From Octopus sinensis (taxonomy: Eukaryota), in assembly GCF_006345805.1 (NCBI RefSeq), contig NW_021833290.1:1-64000 (forward strand): a stretch of DNA of 64,000 nt, given 5' to 3'. The position numbers were made by a program, and so were the translations under genes. Under the pieces are notes generated by a model, which worked only from the letters and a program-made list of their open reading frames with translations, was not told the origin of the DNA and made no database searches. Of the stretch, positions 63,841 to 64,000 are shown in pieces. Position 1 is the stretch's first letter, and each line of letters opens with the position of its first letter.

Positions 63841-64000
63841 CTGAAGCAGGAAACAATATTGGTTAGATTAACATAGTGTGAATTGCGATAACATATTCAA
63901 TATTGTTCTTTATGGAAGGAGACAAAATTATAGGAAAATATACAGAAGAAGAGGAACGAAAGAGATTAAGGAGAAGAAGAAGAAGAAGAAGAAGAAGAAG

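Larger units (their letters stand above)
43570..64000. repeat. Higher-order tandem array of ~0.5-kb A units and ~1.1-kb B units separated by GAA/GGA-rich spacers; order A B A A B A B A B B A
   Basis: A units near 44.7, 49.0, 50.1, 54.0, 57.4 and 63.4 kb; B units near 47.05, 52.2, 55.5, 58.5 and 61.9 kb; each unit contains one LRR exon. Confidence 0.95.

Noticed and set aside
44670-64000. Conserved-unit/variable-spacer layout resembling a CRISPR array
   Set aside because: Units are 0.5-1.1 kb and contain spliceosomal exons, spacers are simple repeats, the context is eukaryotic, and no cas genes are present.

Overview
Eukaryotic, AT- and microsatellite-rich genomic DNA. The SINE and LINE families suggest an octopod cephalopod (inference). 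Almost all long ORFs in the supplied track are low-complexity artefacts. Reading splice sites on the minus strand reveals one multi-exon gene running from beyond the right edge (>63,840) down to at least 21,816. It has 11 tandemly duplicated 72-nt phase-2 LRR exons of two types (A and B). Each is carried with near-identical intron flanks and separated by unstable GAA/CTT tracts, and they are hypervariable only at the xLxxN ligand-face codons. These are followed by a terminal LRR, an LRRCT, Ly6/uPAR-like exons, three exons of a SEA-like segment and a two-exon HRM domain, an architecture expected for an LRR adhesion-GPCR ectodomain. No GAIN or 7TM exons are recognisable in the window. Three of the exons are duplicated again downstream (16.4, 16.0 and 5.8 kb). 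The left half also holds a 548-bp tandem array folded into a ~4.3-kb palindrome, in which every complete unit carries a type I hammerhead ribozyme motif. Four further hammerhead families sit in (TA)n-flanked cassettes. Other elements include a near full-length RTE (BovB-like) LINE, many LINE, Penelope and Helitron relics, SINEs and two MITEs. Several frameshifts are 1-2 nt losses in homopolymers, so assembly indel error is likely.
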